NCBI GenBank assembly: GCA_035221665.1
Contig: CM069148.1
Coordinates: 26,164,001 to 26,228,000, forward strand
DNA length: 64,000 nt
Direction of reading: 5' to 3'
Source of the DNA: Okamejei kenojei
Lineage: Eukaryota
The notes under the pieces are model-generated. The model was given only the letters and a program-made list of their open reading frames with translations. It had not been told where the DNA came from and searched no databases. Within the stretch, counting starts at the first letter, position 1. Each line of letters begins with the position of its first letter. Below are positions 25,239-38,780 of the stretch, one piece after another. The position numbers were made by a program, and so were the translations under genes.

Positions 25239-25524
25239 ATACACACAGACAGCAGGACTGGCCGCCACTTCTGAGGAAGGAAGCAGCTCGGGTGACTTTG
25301 AGCGGCCGNNNNNNNNNNNNNNNNNNNNNNNNNNNNNNNNNNNNNNNNNNNNNNNNNNNNNNNNNNNNNNNNNNNNNNNNNNNNNNNNNNNNNNNNNNNN
25401 NNNNNNNNNNNNNNNNNNNNNNNNNNNNNNNNNNNNNCGCCACTTCAGAGGAAGGAAGCAGCTCGGGTGACTTTGAGCGGCCGCCGGGACCCGACAGCAG
25501 ACACACATACAGATACACACAGAT

Positions 25525-25576
<52 letters not shown>

Positions 25577-26440
25577 GTGGCGTTTCTGCTCGGGACCCTT
25601 CTTCAGACAATCCAATGTCCCATAATATATTCTTTAAATATTAAGTTTTCTGTTGAAAGTGTGGTGCCGTGGTTACGGGTTGTCGGAAGGAAGATGATGA
25701 GTTCTGGTACAAGTTGACTTTGTTTTCAGTAATCAGGCCACCGTGTTGGCCGATTTCTGGTTGATCGAGCGTTCATACAGTTGCGAGCGAGCGAGGTCCA
25801 TATATAGGAGCAAGGAACGCGAAGCCTCTGAGGGTTCATTGTTCCCCTGGTTTGGATTGCTCCCAGGAGAGCGGGCACAAAGAAAAATTTAGGCATTTTT
25901 CTGTGGAAGGGGGAGGGCATTATAAATCGAAGCATTGTAACAGCAGCACTCTCCCCAACACGAAACACAGCGCAGCGTAAACAATTAAACAGCTTCACTT
26001 TTAAAAGCAAAGACACACGTTAACTTACATGGCCCCAAGAAATCGCCTCTCAATTGCTTCGGGGTTGGAATTGAAATATATATAAATATAATATGTATAT
26101 ACATATTATACTACTTTGGTTCAGTCCCTTTCAGATTATAAAAAAGTTCCCACGATAGACTCACGAGACACTAAGGTAAATGCACGGGCCATTACGTTAC
26201 TGCAACGAGTTTAAATGTTTCCATTTTTAACTTGAACAGTTAATTTGACTCGTGGAAAAAATCAAACATGTTTGATTTTTTTCACGAGTTAACAAGTTTC
26301 CCAAGTACCTGCCGTTAGCGCCACGAGTAGACAAGTTGAACGCGCGAGTTCCGACGTTGCCGCTACGTTCATCGTACGTGACCACCACGAGTGAAAACTC
26401 GGGGTCACTCGTGGGCCAACTCGCACTGTGAGACAGGAGT
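24620..26440. mobile_element. Harbinger-like non-autonomous element (1.8 kb) carrying a minisatellite
   Basis: TIRs CCTGTCTCACGGTGCGAGTTGACCCACGAG / CTCGTGGGCCAACTCGCACTGTGAGACAGG; TAA-rich flanks. Confidence 0.72.
25020..25573. repeat. ~125-bp minisatellite with embedded (CA)n; assembly gap at 25309-25437
   Basis: Repeated unit GGAAGCAGCTCGGGTGACT..GAGCGGCCGCCGGGACCCGACAGC-(CA)n; 129 N. Confidence 0.9.
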
Positions 26441-28515
26441 TTAACTTTGATAATGCAAGTCTGAAACTCTCATGCCCCTGTGATGGATATTCATTTTCCA
26501 AGCCAAAGGCTTGTTCACTTCATAGGCCCAAATGCTTTAGCACAGCAACTGTCCAAGGTTCAAGATGTTTGTTGTTTACTAAGTTAAAGATTTAATCAGT
26601 AGTTTGCTCACCTTGATGCAATCAAAGAAACAGTGGGTCCAAGGATCGCCTAACAAACACTTCATCCACCTAATCAAGGTATTTGAAGGATATTGCATGA
26701 TTGCAGGAAGCGGTATGTTAGAAGAAAGCCAGAGTTGGTAGGCATGGGCGGGAATCCCGGGGGGGGGGGGGGGGATAGGAGGGACGAGAAAGTGTGTGCG
26801 ATCCCCCCCCCTCCCCTCATGTTTTGATAGCGATTTACGCCCCTGGTAGGAGTTACTGGAATTAAAATGGAATAGGAGTGAGGGAGGAAGCCATAGAATC
26901 CATTCCTCAGCTTCGTTAAAAGATGGGCTCTCTCGCCATAGCCGTCCTTCTACGACGCACGACTTGTTCGACTGCAACTCATTGGTATGTTATCGTAAAT
27001 TGTAAGAATTGTACTCGTTTTTTTGGAAATCCTTTATAAACTATGATCTCGGTTATTCCTCAGAATTAAATGTGCCTCATTTATAATGCCCTATAGTGAG
27101 AGTGCGTGTAGATACTAATAACGGATAAGACTTAAAGTCTTGAGTTAGGTTTAGGGCTCTCGGGCGGTTAAATTCAATATCATCACACCCCGAACCTCCA
27201 TTGACATAATTGTCTTTATAACATCATTTTTATAACACCATCTTCACCACTTGTTATGGCAATGAGTTAAAGAATTTTAAATTAGGAATTGGTTATTGAT
27301 TGCAATTTGGGGGGAAAACAAATTCCGTTTTTCTCCTATAAGGGAGCAAATGGAATCAATGCGGCTAAATATCTACATCTACCAACACATAGTTTCAGTT
27401 TATTTTAAAAGTGGATTGTCCATTGAAACAAATAGATAAAGGGTTCACAAAAGCCCAAAATAAAAAGGCAGAGCTGGTAGAGTTGCTGCCTCACAGCACC
27501 AAAGGCCGGGGATGCTGTCTGCATGGAGTTTGCAGTTTTGGACATGACCAGGTGCTCCGCCTTCCTCCCACATCTCACAATCATGCACATTTGTAGATTA
27601 ATTGGCGTCTGTAAATTGCTGAGCATGTAGGGAATGGATGAGAAAGTGAGATAACATAGAACTAGAGCGAACAGCTGATTGGTGTCGGCATGGATGTGGT
27701 ATATCATTTAAAAAAAACGTGTTGATATACTTTGAGGCAATGAGTATGTGAGGAATGTAGAAAGCATTGTGCTAACTCCTTTCTTCCACTCTTGCCTCAG
27801 AATGTATTTGCTGTTAACACTGGAACAACGTTGAAAGAAAATAAGTAAGCCTGGAATCAATAGTCTTTAGACCCTTGCAGTAAAAAATAATGAATTCACA
27901 AATTAGGTAATTTGATTCATTGAGTCTCCTCCGCAATTCGACCATGGCTGATCTATCTTTCCCTCTCAACCCCATTCTCCTCCTTTCTCCCCATAACATT
28001 TGGCACCCTTACTAATCAAGAATCTGTCACTCTTCACTTTCAAAATATCCAACGACAGATGACAGCTCTGGAAGCGGATACAATAAAGGGAAATTATATG
28101 GTTCAAGCAGCATTTTAAGACATCTGCACAATGGATCATAGAGATTTGGGATCCTTGCTGAAAAATATAATGCGGCTGAACAAACCTATAACTGTATTCT
28201 GATTTAGTTCTAGTGTACCATGTTTCAAGCTGTTTGACAATCTCTTTCCAATTCTATCAAACTGAAACATAAATTACTGGAGGAACTTAGCGAGCCAGAC
28301 AGCATCCATGGAGGGAATGGACAGGTGATGTTTCAGTTTGGGATGCTTCTTCAGAGTCTATCCATTCCCTCCACAGATGCTGCCTGACCCAATGAGTACC
28401 TCATGCACTTTGTGTTTTCGTCAAGATTCCAGCACCCGCAGTTCCTTGTGTCTCTTCCATCAAACTAGCAGAGTACATATTTAAAGAAAATATCTATTTT
28501 CCTCAAACTATCTTA

Positions 28516-29995
28516 ATGTTACAAAATTTTAAGATTTTAAAAATCAAGTCTGCAATTTATCCCATCAGATAAAGCATAAAAATAACTTTAATTTGACACC
28601 TAATTCACTTTCATATCTTCAGTATTAAAAAAAGTTATGGCCATTTTCATACTCGGAAATTAGCATCTTGTTCCCTATCTCTTTTGCATTAACACAAAAG
28701 CTGTGATCGAGGACAGTCAAAAGTCCACAACATTCTTAAAAATGTTATTATATAGATTGAAGCATTCTGAAATAAATATAAAACATCTTACTTGGATGAC
28801 CTGAAATTAAAGCATATAATTAGTTAATTACCTAATTGTAGCTAATTACAAAATTGACCCTTGTGACGGAATAGTAATAAACACCCAGACTGCCTTGAAA
28901 AATTCAAAAATGTGATATTCTCAAGATCAGAACTTTAATATTATTTTATTATATGCTGTAAGTACGTAACAGATAGGTAAATAAATTACAATTTCTAGCA
29001 ATAGACCAAGTCTTTATGGAGAAGATCAGTTGCTAGCTGGTACGTTGACATATCATAATCAGTAGCATTATCATACTCTTCAGATTGTAACCAATAAGCA
29101 ACTATGTACACCTTGCTCTCCATGCCTTTCTGCCCACTACTTTCCCATTAAGTATGTCCTGTAGATTCCATTTTTTAAGAAAAGGATATATTTTTTAAAT
29201 AGCCTAAGTATCCAAATAACAAACTAAACCCATTCACACAATAATTCACAATATAACATGATTTTTTAATCTCACTGTCATGAATTCATATGTCAGATGG
29301 AAGGAATTTGATGTTTAATTCCCATAAATTAATCTAGAAACATCCACTCAATATAATCAACATTTTAATTTTTTTGCACAATACATGGGGCTAAAACTAA
29401 TATTTAGTATGAAAATATTGACTATGGGTAGACAGTAACACAAAATATAGACGATTTAGATGCTGTCATGACATTGTCCAAAAAAAGAGCAATTAAATCA
29501 TCTTGCGAGTGGGTTTTTCTGGAACACGATAGATTGGAATGTTGCATTTGCGGTGAATTTGAACCCCATATCGGCAGGAAAAACACTGCTGGTTCGTATG
29601 GGGCCCAAATAACATTTTCTCAACATAAAATTTGATTAAAGCCATCCCAAGAAGCAAGTTTATATGTAAAATATACGACTTACCCGTTGTTTTGTCCAGT
29701 TCATGCGATCCGTCACGTTGTAGGCGTTGAGGGCGTTAGAAGTCGCTTTTTATCTTAATCAAATTATTAAATTGTCTCGCGATTTAAAAAAAAAATTTTT
29801 TTTAAAAATCGGGAACAGAAGTCGGATCGATTATTCTTCAGCAGCTAGCAGCCCGAGGAAGTCCGCCTCTGACAGCCAGGAGAAAACGGCATTTTAATCC
29901 CCCCCCCCCCCTTCCCCCCCCCCCTTCCCTCCCTCCAAAGGCGCCTAAGTGGCAGAACTGCAGTGCCGCTTAAGGTAAGTTTTGTAACATCGCTA
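28516..29995. mobile_element. Second copy of the TAG-TIR non-autonomous DNA transposon
   Basis: Begins ATGTTACAAAATTTT and ends TTTTGTAACATCGCTA; collinear with 6727-7780 plus extra internal sequence. Confidence 0.8.
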
Positions 29996-32900
29996 CTTAA
30001 TGGGCCATGGATACAAAAAACTAGCATTAAAAATGAAAATGTGGCTTTTGAGATTATCCTTATTTTATGATTGATTGCAATAAATGCAGAACTCCACGAT
30101 GGATGAATTAATATTTACACCAAGCTGCTATACTGGATTACCCTGTCTTCTGTCCTTTGATCACTGATATTATTGAGCAATCAACCCCTTCACATTAATT
30201 TAGAACTGCAGACTCTTTGAGCAATGATAGCTAAAAAAAGACTGCTACTGTCTGTAAATTATGAGATGTAACAAAACATTTTGATTTAAATTTTGAAGTA
30301 CAATTTAACATATGAATTCAAGTTTTACTTCTTTAAAACCTTATTTTACTTTTGTTTTACTTTTTTTAATTTTACTTAATTTACTAAAATGTCACATTCC
30401 TGGATTGTGGGCTGCATTTGTATGTCACATTCCAGCTGTATTGTAAAAAAATAATATTTTATGGAAATCAAGCATTTAACCCATTCTCCACATTGTCCAA
30501 CTTGTAAATGAGAAATCTCCTGCTGATAGAGCATCAAACTTAATGTCTGGGAGTTAACTTGAATAATATTTTTTAAGCGTAAATTCATATCAGAAAATAA
30601 TTAGTACCATGTATGCAAGTATTGTTTTATTCCCATATTTCCTTATGAACCCAATGAATGAATGGAAGCACTCAATCCCTTTCCTCCACTTATTTCCCTG
30701 TGGCCTTTTCTTCCTGACATGTCCATCTCCTCCCTTCCCACCTACACAAGGGATAATTCTAATTTACCAACCCACTAGCATGTCTTTGGAGTGTGGGAGG
30801 AAACCGAGTATGGGAGGCAGCTTACTTAGCTACAGGGGGATTCCGCAACCTCCACTATGAACGCATCAGCAGATAATCCAAGTTATAGTCAGTTGAATAA
30901 AGTCAAGAATTCAGATATTGTGAAAATCTTTTATTATAATGTGTAACAGATCATTTTAAATGGTGAGTCACAAAGCTGATAATGTTTCCTTGCAGTTATG
31001 AAAATTACATTTCTGAACAATAAAGAACAGATAATAAAGAAAAGCTAACAACCTGTGAAACTTCACTCATTTTTATAACTATTATACACTGTACACTGAC
31101 ACTGTAACTAGAATGTAACTGCCTTTGTTAACCTCAAATTGTCAATTGCAAAACTGGCAGGTATTTAAGCTGTAATTACAGCAGTTCGTCGGTAGAGGTC
31201 AGATTTTCTGAGTTCTCAGAATGTTGGTTTGCTTAATACTTCACTTTTTTAACCTCTTAATGGAGCTCTATGATCTTTGATTTACGGAAACACTCAAATA
31301 GGAATTTAAGCATTGTGATATTTTAGTGAATTATAAATTGGCTATGCGAGTTCAGGGTTGACAAAGCGAAGGCACTAATATAACCTCATGAAAAGAAAAG
31401 GAGAATGATTAACCTGCAGCAATATAATTTAACTGTGGTATGGTAACATAACTAAATTTAACCTAGCTGTGTTCGGTGAAAAATATGTCATAATTCACCA
31501 ATATTAGATTGAATAATAAAAAGAGGGTAAATTGTTATAGTTCTGAATATGTAGCACATTCAGATCTAATTAAGATAAGAATAAAAATACAATTTTCGTG
31601 GGTAATGTCACTTGAAATGTTAGATTTATTGTTTTCTTTTTGGATGTAGGATTATCCTCTGATCTTAAAAATGAAACATTTAAAAAATGATCAGGTTTTC
31701 AAGTACAAAACTAACCCTGGCCTTTGATATGTGAATTAGCAGGTGGAAAGCTACATTAAACAATATTGATGATGTGATTGCCCTGTAAGAAAGACAAGAT
31801 TACCTTGGTGAAACTTTTATCATCTATTCCATTTTCAATTTAAAGAGAGTTTTTTTCCTTTCTTGAGGTCCCGCTGAATTCTAGTTTGGAGAAGATGTTA
31901 AGATCTCAAACTTGTTTGTTTTTATCTGGGATTTTGTTTGTTTCCTCAATTTAAGACTTTCTGGATGACACCTCAATGTTACTTCATGCAGAAGATGTAA
32001 AGCATAAAAATGTTGTAAATTATTATTTACTTCAGTGTATTGCCAAAGATCTCTATTTAGCACCATTAGATCATGCAATGTCAGCCAAATAATTTAATGT
32101 AATTATAGTTTTCTTTGTAGAATTTTGGATTTTAATTTTGTCCATTTCCCTATGAAAACATTGACAATTTGAGGTTAATTGATGCTAGATATGTTGGCAT
32201 TATTTAATTTACTATCTGTATTAACATTCCACCTGAAAATATCCTCGTATAATTAATGAAGTGTGCACAATAATTCACTCGCCTTCCTTTTGTGGAATTG
32301 AGCTCCTCCCCCCCCCCTCCCGATATGGGAACACATGATGCTGCTGTACATGCTCCTGATGCAGGTTAGATCAACTGGTTCAAAATGTTTGTAATCTTGG
32401 ATTGCAAACCAAGAAATCATTATTCTAACCATAGGAAACAAGCACCATCCTGGCAACGCTAACTCTTGCCATTTTTCCCTTGCACTCCAACTACATGCTT
32501 TTAGTAATCATTGACTACTTGATTCAGGAATCAATAATCAATAATTTTCTTAAAATATATGGATCCAATGTCTATATATGAGTAGATTCTGAGTAGACCC
32601 AGTGTAAATAATTTAAAGAGAAGGTTTATATGGGAATCTGAAAAGGACGTTAGAATCAGTGTCATAGGAGCACAAAACAGGCCCTTTGGCCCAATTCGTC
32701 CATGCCGATAAAGATGCCCTATCGAACTAGTCTAATTTGCCCATGTTTTACCCACATCCCTCTAAATCTTTCCTATTTATGTACATGTCCAAGAGTCTTA
32801 GAAATGCTGTTATAGTACCTGCCTCAACAACCAGTTCATTCCAAATATCAATCTTATTGCCAAAATACATTTAAATTATTTTTTTTTTTCAAATTCTCAC

Positions 32901-34079
32901 CAATAGGTAGTAGTATAAAAACCCAATTCCCCTGGAATAGAGGAAAATCCTTTTAAATAAGTCTCTGCTTTAACATATATCACTATTATTCTTCCCAATC
33001 CAAAATAAAACTTCAAGAACATTCATTTGAAACTGATCATACTTTAAGAATGCACATATTTGCATCTGAAAAGTTCAATACATATTGTATCAAAATACAG
33101 AAGATTAATAAATATATAATGTTTACAAAAACTTCTATTTCATCATATTCCTGGATACATCCCTGGGTGGCTTTTTCCATTCTTGGCCGTTATAAGAATG
33201 ATGACAGTAGTAAACTAGTTTATTTTCAATCATTCAAGTATAGTTTCAACATTTACAGGTTGAATTATTGCTTCACTCCTCAATTTTTTGGATTTAATTG
33301 TTCATACTTTGTAAATGGGGCATGGTAACAAACATCAATTTAAGGATAACAAAATAAATGTACAATAAGTCCACAATATACAATTTATCACCATAGTGCC
33401 GTAGACAAGCTTAGATACTTGCCATTAGTTTATAAAGTTATTTTGGCTGTAATGAATAGCACACCATTCTCTGCATTGTAATATACTGTCCTAAAATGCC
33501 ATTCTGTGTTTTACCAGCCTTTCTTGAGTCATGAAATTTTTCTGAACAACACATTTTCTACAATTAGTCAGCATGTATACAATTTTGGGAAGAAGTGCCA
33601 TTTGGAAGTTAAACAACAAAGTGGTATGAATAAAAATGAATGGAAGTATAGATCCAGCATGTACTGCAGTAGTGTGCACATACAATATTCGATAGGAAGT
33701 CTGAACCTTTTTCACCCAGGGTGGAAATGTCAAAGATTTGATGGGATAGCTTTACGGTGAGAGGGGCAAAGTTATTTTTTACGGAGGGTAATGTGTGCCT
33801 GGAACGCACTGTCAGGTGTGGTGGTGGAGACAGATACAGTCATAGTATTTAAGAGCCTTTTGGACAAACACATGGTTATACAAATAATGGAGGGATATGG
33901 ATCATGTGCAGGTTTAGGAAATTAGTTTAATTTGGCATCATATTGAACATGGATATTGTGGGCTGAAGAGCCTGTTCTTATTCTGTATTGTTCTATGTTG
34001 ATCTAATAAATGTATTAAGTTATTAACACAAGGCTATGTCAATACTTGAACAGTTTACTCAAACAAGCTATTCACAGGT

Positions 34080-34900
34080 GTTGAGTTAATCTACAGGATG
34101 AATAGGAAACTTAAACTTGTAACAGCTCCACTTCAGACCAACCACCCCAAACCATTGTTGAGCTACAGTATGCAAATAGTTTATCAGTCTACATATCACT
34201 TGCCAGGCTCTGTCCTGCCTCCACCTCTTTTCCAGCTTTCTCCCCCCCCCCCCCCCCCCCCCCACTAAACGTCACCTATCCATGAGATGCTCCCTGACCC
34301 CCTGAGTTTTTCCAGCACTGCATTTTTTTGGTAAACCAGCATCTGCTATACCTTGTCTCTTCAGTTTCTTTCTGTTCGGAGGCTTGGCTCCAAATTATGG
34401 CTGACTTGTTCACTAAAGCATGGCCTTATATTAAACATCTACAAAACTAAAGTCCTCTTCCAAACTGCTCACTCTACAAAACTGCCTTCTGACAATAAAG
34501 GCCATGATAAATGGGGACAACTTCACGAGCAACAGTAGCTACCTGTCTACGAAGGCATATACTGAGCATGACATTTACTACCACCTGCACAGGAACATAG
34601 GTCATAGCTTACCACATGGCAAATATTCCATCCGCCACTATGCTTACATAGTGGGAGGGCTGCACCCAGGAATGTCTAAATCCACTAGAAAAATAAGCGG
34701 ACCAATGTCAATCAATATCCTCGGCATTTGGGACCTGACTGCACCGTCAGTTCCAAGGGACAAACCGTGATTCAGAAGCAAACAGGCTACACCAAACTTC
34801 ATTAAGACAATAAATTACATGGGGAAAAGGAGTTGATTAAAAAATGTCAACAATACTCCTGTGAATCCCTGGCTCTTTGCAACTTACAATGCCAAATGGT
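34080..34900 (+). mobile_element. Ancient RTE-like LINE remnant interrupted by a short element
   Basis: Highly degenerate YR..KL..ELQYA and GLILNIYKTKVL coding traces. Confidence 0.4.
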
Positions 34901-35004
34901 ATTTATGAACTTCAAGTCAATTGATTGGAGCACACTGCAAATGGTAGAAGGGGCACAGCATTTCCAAAATGACTCATTTTCTTGCCCCGTCTCATAGAAA
35001 CATA

Positions 35005-35405
35005 GAAAATAAGTGCAGGAGGAGGCCATTCGGCACTATGAGCCAGTTCATTGAGATCATAGCTGATCATCCACAATCAGTAACCCATGCCTACCTTCTC
35101 CCCATACCCCTTCATTCCGCTAGCCCCAAGAGCTCTATCTAGCTCTCTTTTAAATTCATCCATTGCCTTCTGTGGCAGAGAATTCCACAAATTCACAACT
35201 CTGGGTGAAAACGTTTTTTTTCTCATCTCGGTTTTAAATGGCATCCCCTTTATTCTTAGACTGCGGCCCCTGGTTCTGGACTCCCCCAACATTGGGAACA
35301 TTTTCCCTGCATCTAGCTTGTCCAGTCCTTTTTAATTTTATATGTCGTTATAAGTTCCCCTCTCATCCTTCTAAATTCCTGTGAATCAAAGCCCAGTCTT
35401 TCCAA
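35005..35405 (-). mobile_element. CR1 LINE 3' fragment
   Basis: ORF 35077-35301 (ESRTRGRSLRIKG..RVVNLWNSLPQ) is similar to the end of 8423-9461. Confidence 0.8.
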
Positions 35406-36374
35406 TCTCGTGCTAGGAATTCCAATGTGGCCTTCATCAGCTACAACTGACCATAGAACTTCAGCTGGACCCAGTTATCAGATATATTTAAAAATGAAAG
35501 GCTGGGTGATTCTATGCGGGAGTGATTATCAGATTATATATATCTGGTGGTCCAGTTAGGTGTTGAGTGTATTTGCATTTTGACAAATGTGTTTCTGATC
35601 AGAACATTTGTGTGATTGTCTTGTGGTAGTATCAAAAGCAACAGAAAAATAGTGTAATGAAGCACACACTGAGTGTCTGTTCATTGCTACTAGGGCTCAT
35701 GGTTCACATATCAACAGAATTTGAGATTTAATGGCTCTGTGATATGAATGTTCCTTTAAGCCCTCACTGCGCACGATGTTCTTGGTGCTTTGTGATAAGT
35801 CAGTGGTTGCAGGTTAAGTATAGGGAACGGTTAACTTCAGCACCTCTGCTGAAGGGGAAGGGAGGTGATATGGTGAATGATGGGTGATGTGTGCATTTGG
35901 TGTGAGGAGGGCTCAGGCATGTGTGTGTGTGGAGAGATCAAGATAGGTGTGCAAGCATTGAGGGGGAGGGGGAAGAGATGTGTGTGGTGGGAAGGCATGC
36001 AGACAGGTGTGTGTACATAGATCTCCTTACCTCTCCCCCCCCCCCCCAACCTGCCCATTATCCTGGTGAAGGGGGAGGGGGTCTGTACAGATGTGTATAT
36101 GGGGGTGTCTGTAGTTCGTAGAGAGGCGCATGGAAGGGGTCTAGACAAGTGTATATAGGATGGAGTTTGTGCAGACGTGTATGGCGAATGTGTACACAGG
36201 AGGGGGGCTGTGGAGATGTATACATGGGAGGGGGTCCGTAGAGGTGTGTGTACATGTGAAGGGGTGAGTGTACATGTGAGGGGGTGTGTACCTGGGAAGG
36301 GGCGTGTACAGAGGTGTGAAGAGATCTTCTCTCCTCCCCCCACCCTGGGGAAAAAAAGGGAGGTGGGTTGCGGG

Positions 36375-37619
36375 TCACAAACAGTCGCTCTGAAACACCG
36401 AGCTTTTTCTCCTCCTAAGGCCGGGCGAGATCTCGAAGTTGACCACCTTTCCCTCCCCCTCCATCTCCACCCCCTCCTCCTCCGCCTCTTGCACCTCGTC
36501 GCCCTCCAGGCTGTCCTGGGGCCGGTGCCTCGCCTCGGCCTGCTCCATCTCCAGCTGCCGGGCGCCGAGCGGCGGCGTAGGCACTTTGACGGTGTTGCCG
36601 AACTTGGAGTAGTCGACCGAGTAGCGTCCGTCCTCCTCGCAGACGACGGGCACGAAGCGGTGGCCCCACAGGATCTCGGTGGAGAGGTAGGAGGTGCGCG
36701 CCTGCGTGGTGATGCCGGTGGTCTCCACCACGCCCTCGAGCACGACGACCAGCTCGAAGCGGGCGCGCGCCAGGCCGGCGGCCGTTAGGCGGTAGAGCGG
36801 GCTCGCGCCGTCGATGACGTGCGACACGATGATGGGCGAGACCAGGAAGATGGAGCCGCCGCTCCCCGCCGGCCCGTCCAATGAGACGTCGAGCTGCCGC
36901 AGCGGCTGCACCTCCCCCTCGGCCGTGCGCGCCCGCCCCACCAGCTGCGCGCGCACGCAGGCGCCGATGATCATGGAGGTGCGCAGGTCGCCCACGCGGA
37001 ACATGAGGCACAGGCGGCCGTCCCGCGGCGCCACCACCGCCGAGCGGCTGAAGATGAGCGTCTCGGCCCGCCGCCGCGCCTGCGACGTCTTCATGAAGAT
37101 GCAGCCCATCATGACGGCGTTCACCACCAGCCCCACGATGTTCTGCGCCAGCAACACGGCGATGGCGAACGGGCACTCCTCGGTGATCATCCGCCCGCCG
37201 AAGCCGATGGTCACCTGCACCTCGACCGAGAAGAGGAAGGCCGAGGTGAAGGAGTGGAGGCTGGTGATGCAGGGCACGGCCGGGGGGGACGGCCCCCCTC
37301 CACCTCCTCCGTCGTCCAGGTCGCCGTGAGCGAAGGCCAGCAGCCACCAGATCATGGCGAACAGCAGCCAGCTGCACAAGAAGCTCATGGTGAAGATGAG
37401 CAGCGTGTGCCGCCACTTCAGGTCGACCAGCGTGGTGAAGACGTCCTGCAGGAAGCGGCCTTGCTCTCGGATGTTGGTGTGCGCCACATTGCAGCGGCCG
37501 TACTTGTCGACGAAGCGAGCCCGACGTGGCCTCTCCCGGCAGCGGGGACGCGCCACCACCTCCTCCTGCAGCCGCAGCACGTACTCCTCGGCCACCAGCT
37601 CTTTCCTGGCCGACAGCAT
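36375..37619 (-). CDS. KCNJ11: ATP-sensitive inward rectifier K+ channel Kir6.2 (uninterrupted CDS, 414 aa)
   Basis: [43 protein letters not shown] filter, [25 protein letters not shown]. Intronless CDS directly downstream of ABCC8. Confidence 0.96.
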   Translation of the reverse strand: MLSARKELVAEEYVLRLQEEVVARPRCRERPRRARFVDKYGRCNVAHTNIREQGRFLQDVFTTLVDLKWRHTLLIFTMSFLCSWLLFAMIWWLLAFAHGDLDDGGGGGGPSPPAVPCITSLHSFTSAFLFSVEVQVTIGFGGRMITEECPFAIAVLLAQNIVGLVVNAVMMGCIFMKTSQARRRAETLIFSRSAVVAPRDGRLCLMFRVGDLRTSMIIGACVRAQLVGRARTAEGEVQPLRQLDVSLDGPAGSGGSIFLVSPIIVSHVIDGASPLYRLTAAGLARARFELVVVLEGVVETTGITTQARTSYLSTEILWGHRFVPVVCEEDGRYSVDYSKFGNTVKVPTPPLGARQLEMEQAEARHRPQDSLEGDEVQEAEEEGVEMEGEGKVVNFEISPGLRRRKSSVFQSDCL

Positions 37620-37676
37620 GGTGGGCCCATCGCAGGGCGAGTGCCCTCACCCGCCGGCTGGGCTCGGCTCAGCTCA

Positions 37677-37705
37677 CTGGAGGGATAAGAGAGGGAGAGA
37701 AACGG
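37677..37705 (-). promoter_or_regulatory. Likely splice acceptor of a KCNJ11 5'UTR intron
   Basis: The - strand reads TTTCTCTCCCTCTCTTATCCCTCCAG|TGAGC, 57 nt upstream of the Kozak ATG (CCACCATG). Confidence 0.55.
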
Positions 37706-38780
37706 GCAGAGAAAAACAACCAACCTTCAAACTGGGAGATCGGAGCAGTTTGGCTTCACAGACTGGAGGGGAGAGAGTGAGACGGAGAGGTGCAGTCCCA
37801 CTGCAATAATGACAGAGAGGAGTGTTCTTTCAAACGCAGTCAGAGAGAGGAGCAGTCTATTTCACTGACAGAGAGAGGAGCAGCGTTATTTCAAACAGGG
37901 AGAGGAGCAGGCTACTTCAGTGACAGTGGAGCAGTGTTTCAAATAGAGAGCGACGGAGAGAAGCAGACAATTTCAATGACAGAGGGGCAATCTACTTCGT
38001 TGACGGAGTGAGCAGTGTTTAAAACATAGAGGACGACAGAGGAGCAGTTTACTTCAGTGACAGAGAGAATTGTGTGCTTTCAAGCAGATAGGAGCATTCC
38101 ACTTCAACGACAGGGGAAGAAGCAGGCTGGCTTCAAATAGTGGAAAGAAGAGAGGAGAGCAAACCACCTTCAAAAACGGGAAGAAAAAAGAGCAGTGCAC
38201 ATTAATGACAGAGAGATAACCTTCAAACTGGGAGAGAGGCAGAACGGCAGTCTAGAGGGAGAAACACCTGCAGAGAGGAGCAGTCTGCCTCAGTAACAGA
38301 GAGAAAAATGGTCCGGCATTAAACCTGGTGGGGGCGTGAGAGAAGGAGAAAGGAGCAGTCGCTGTAAACACTGGTTGAGAGAGATAGGAATAGTCCACTT
38401 CAATGACAGACAGTGAAAAACAGAGAAAGAGAGGAGTAATCAAGCGTCAAAGGGTGGGAGAGAGTAGTAGTATTCCTGCTTTAACACTGGTAGAGAGAGG
38501 AGCATTCCGCTTAAATGAGAGCGAGAGAGAGGGGGGGGCAGGAGCAACCAACCTTCAAACATAGGGAGCGAGATGTGGAGAGAGAGAGAGGTATTCAACC
38601 TTCAAGCACTGGGGAGAGAAAGGTGCAGGGATAGAGAGACAGGTAATCAACCTTCAAGCACTGGGGGGGGGGGGGGGAGGGAACAGTCCACTTCAATCAC
38701 AGAGACAAAGATAGGAGAACCAACCTGCAAACTGGCAGAAGAGAGCAAGCAGCCTGTCTTCAAGTACTGGGAGATCGACA
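37680..38780. repeat. Degenerate purine-rich ~28-bp tandem repeat upstream of KCNJ11
   Basis: Recurrent GAGCAGT..CTTCAA..ACAGAGAGAG units. Confidence 0.65.

Noticed and set aside
24768-25717. CVCVCV / THTHTH ORFs
   Set aside because: Translations of the (CA)n microsatellite and the N gap.
30000-33600. Hidden gene in the AT-rich, repeat-poor stretch
   Set aside because: No credible ORF or exon. It may be a 3'UTR or regulatory DNA, but that cannot be supported from sequence alone.
36177-37809. 411-aa alternative-frame ORF (36415-37650) and antisense ORFs over KCNJ11
   Set aside because: Expected from stop-codon scarcity in a very GC-rich CDS; low-complexity R/G/A sequence and non-ATG start for the longest one.
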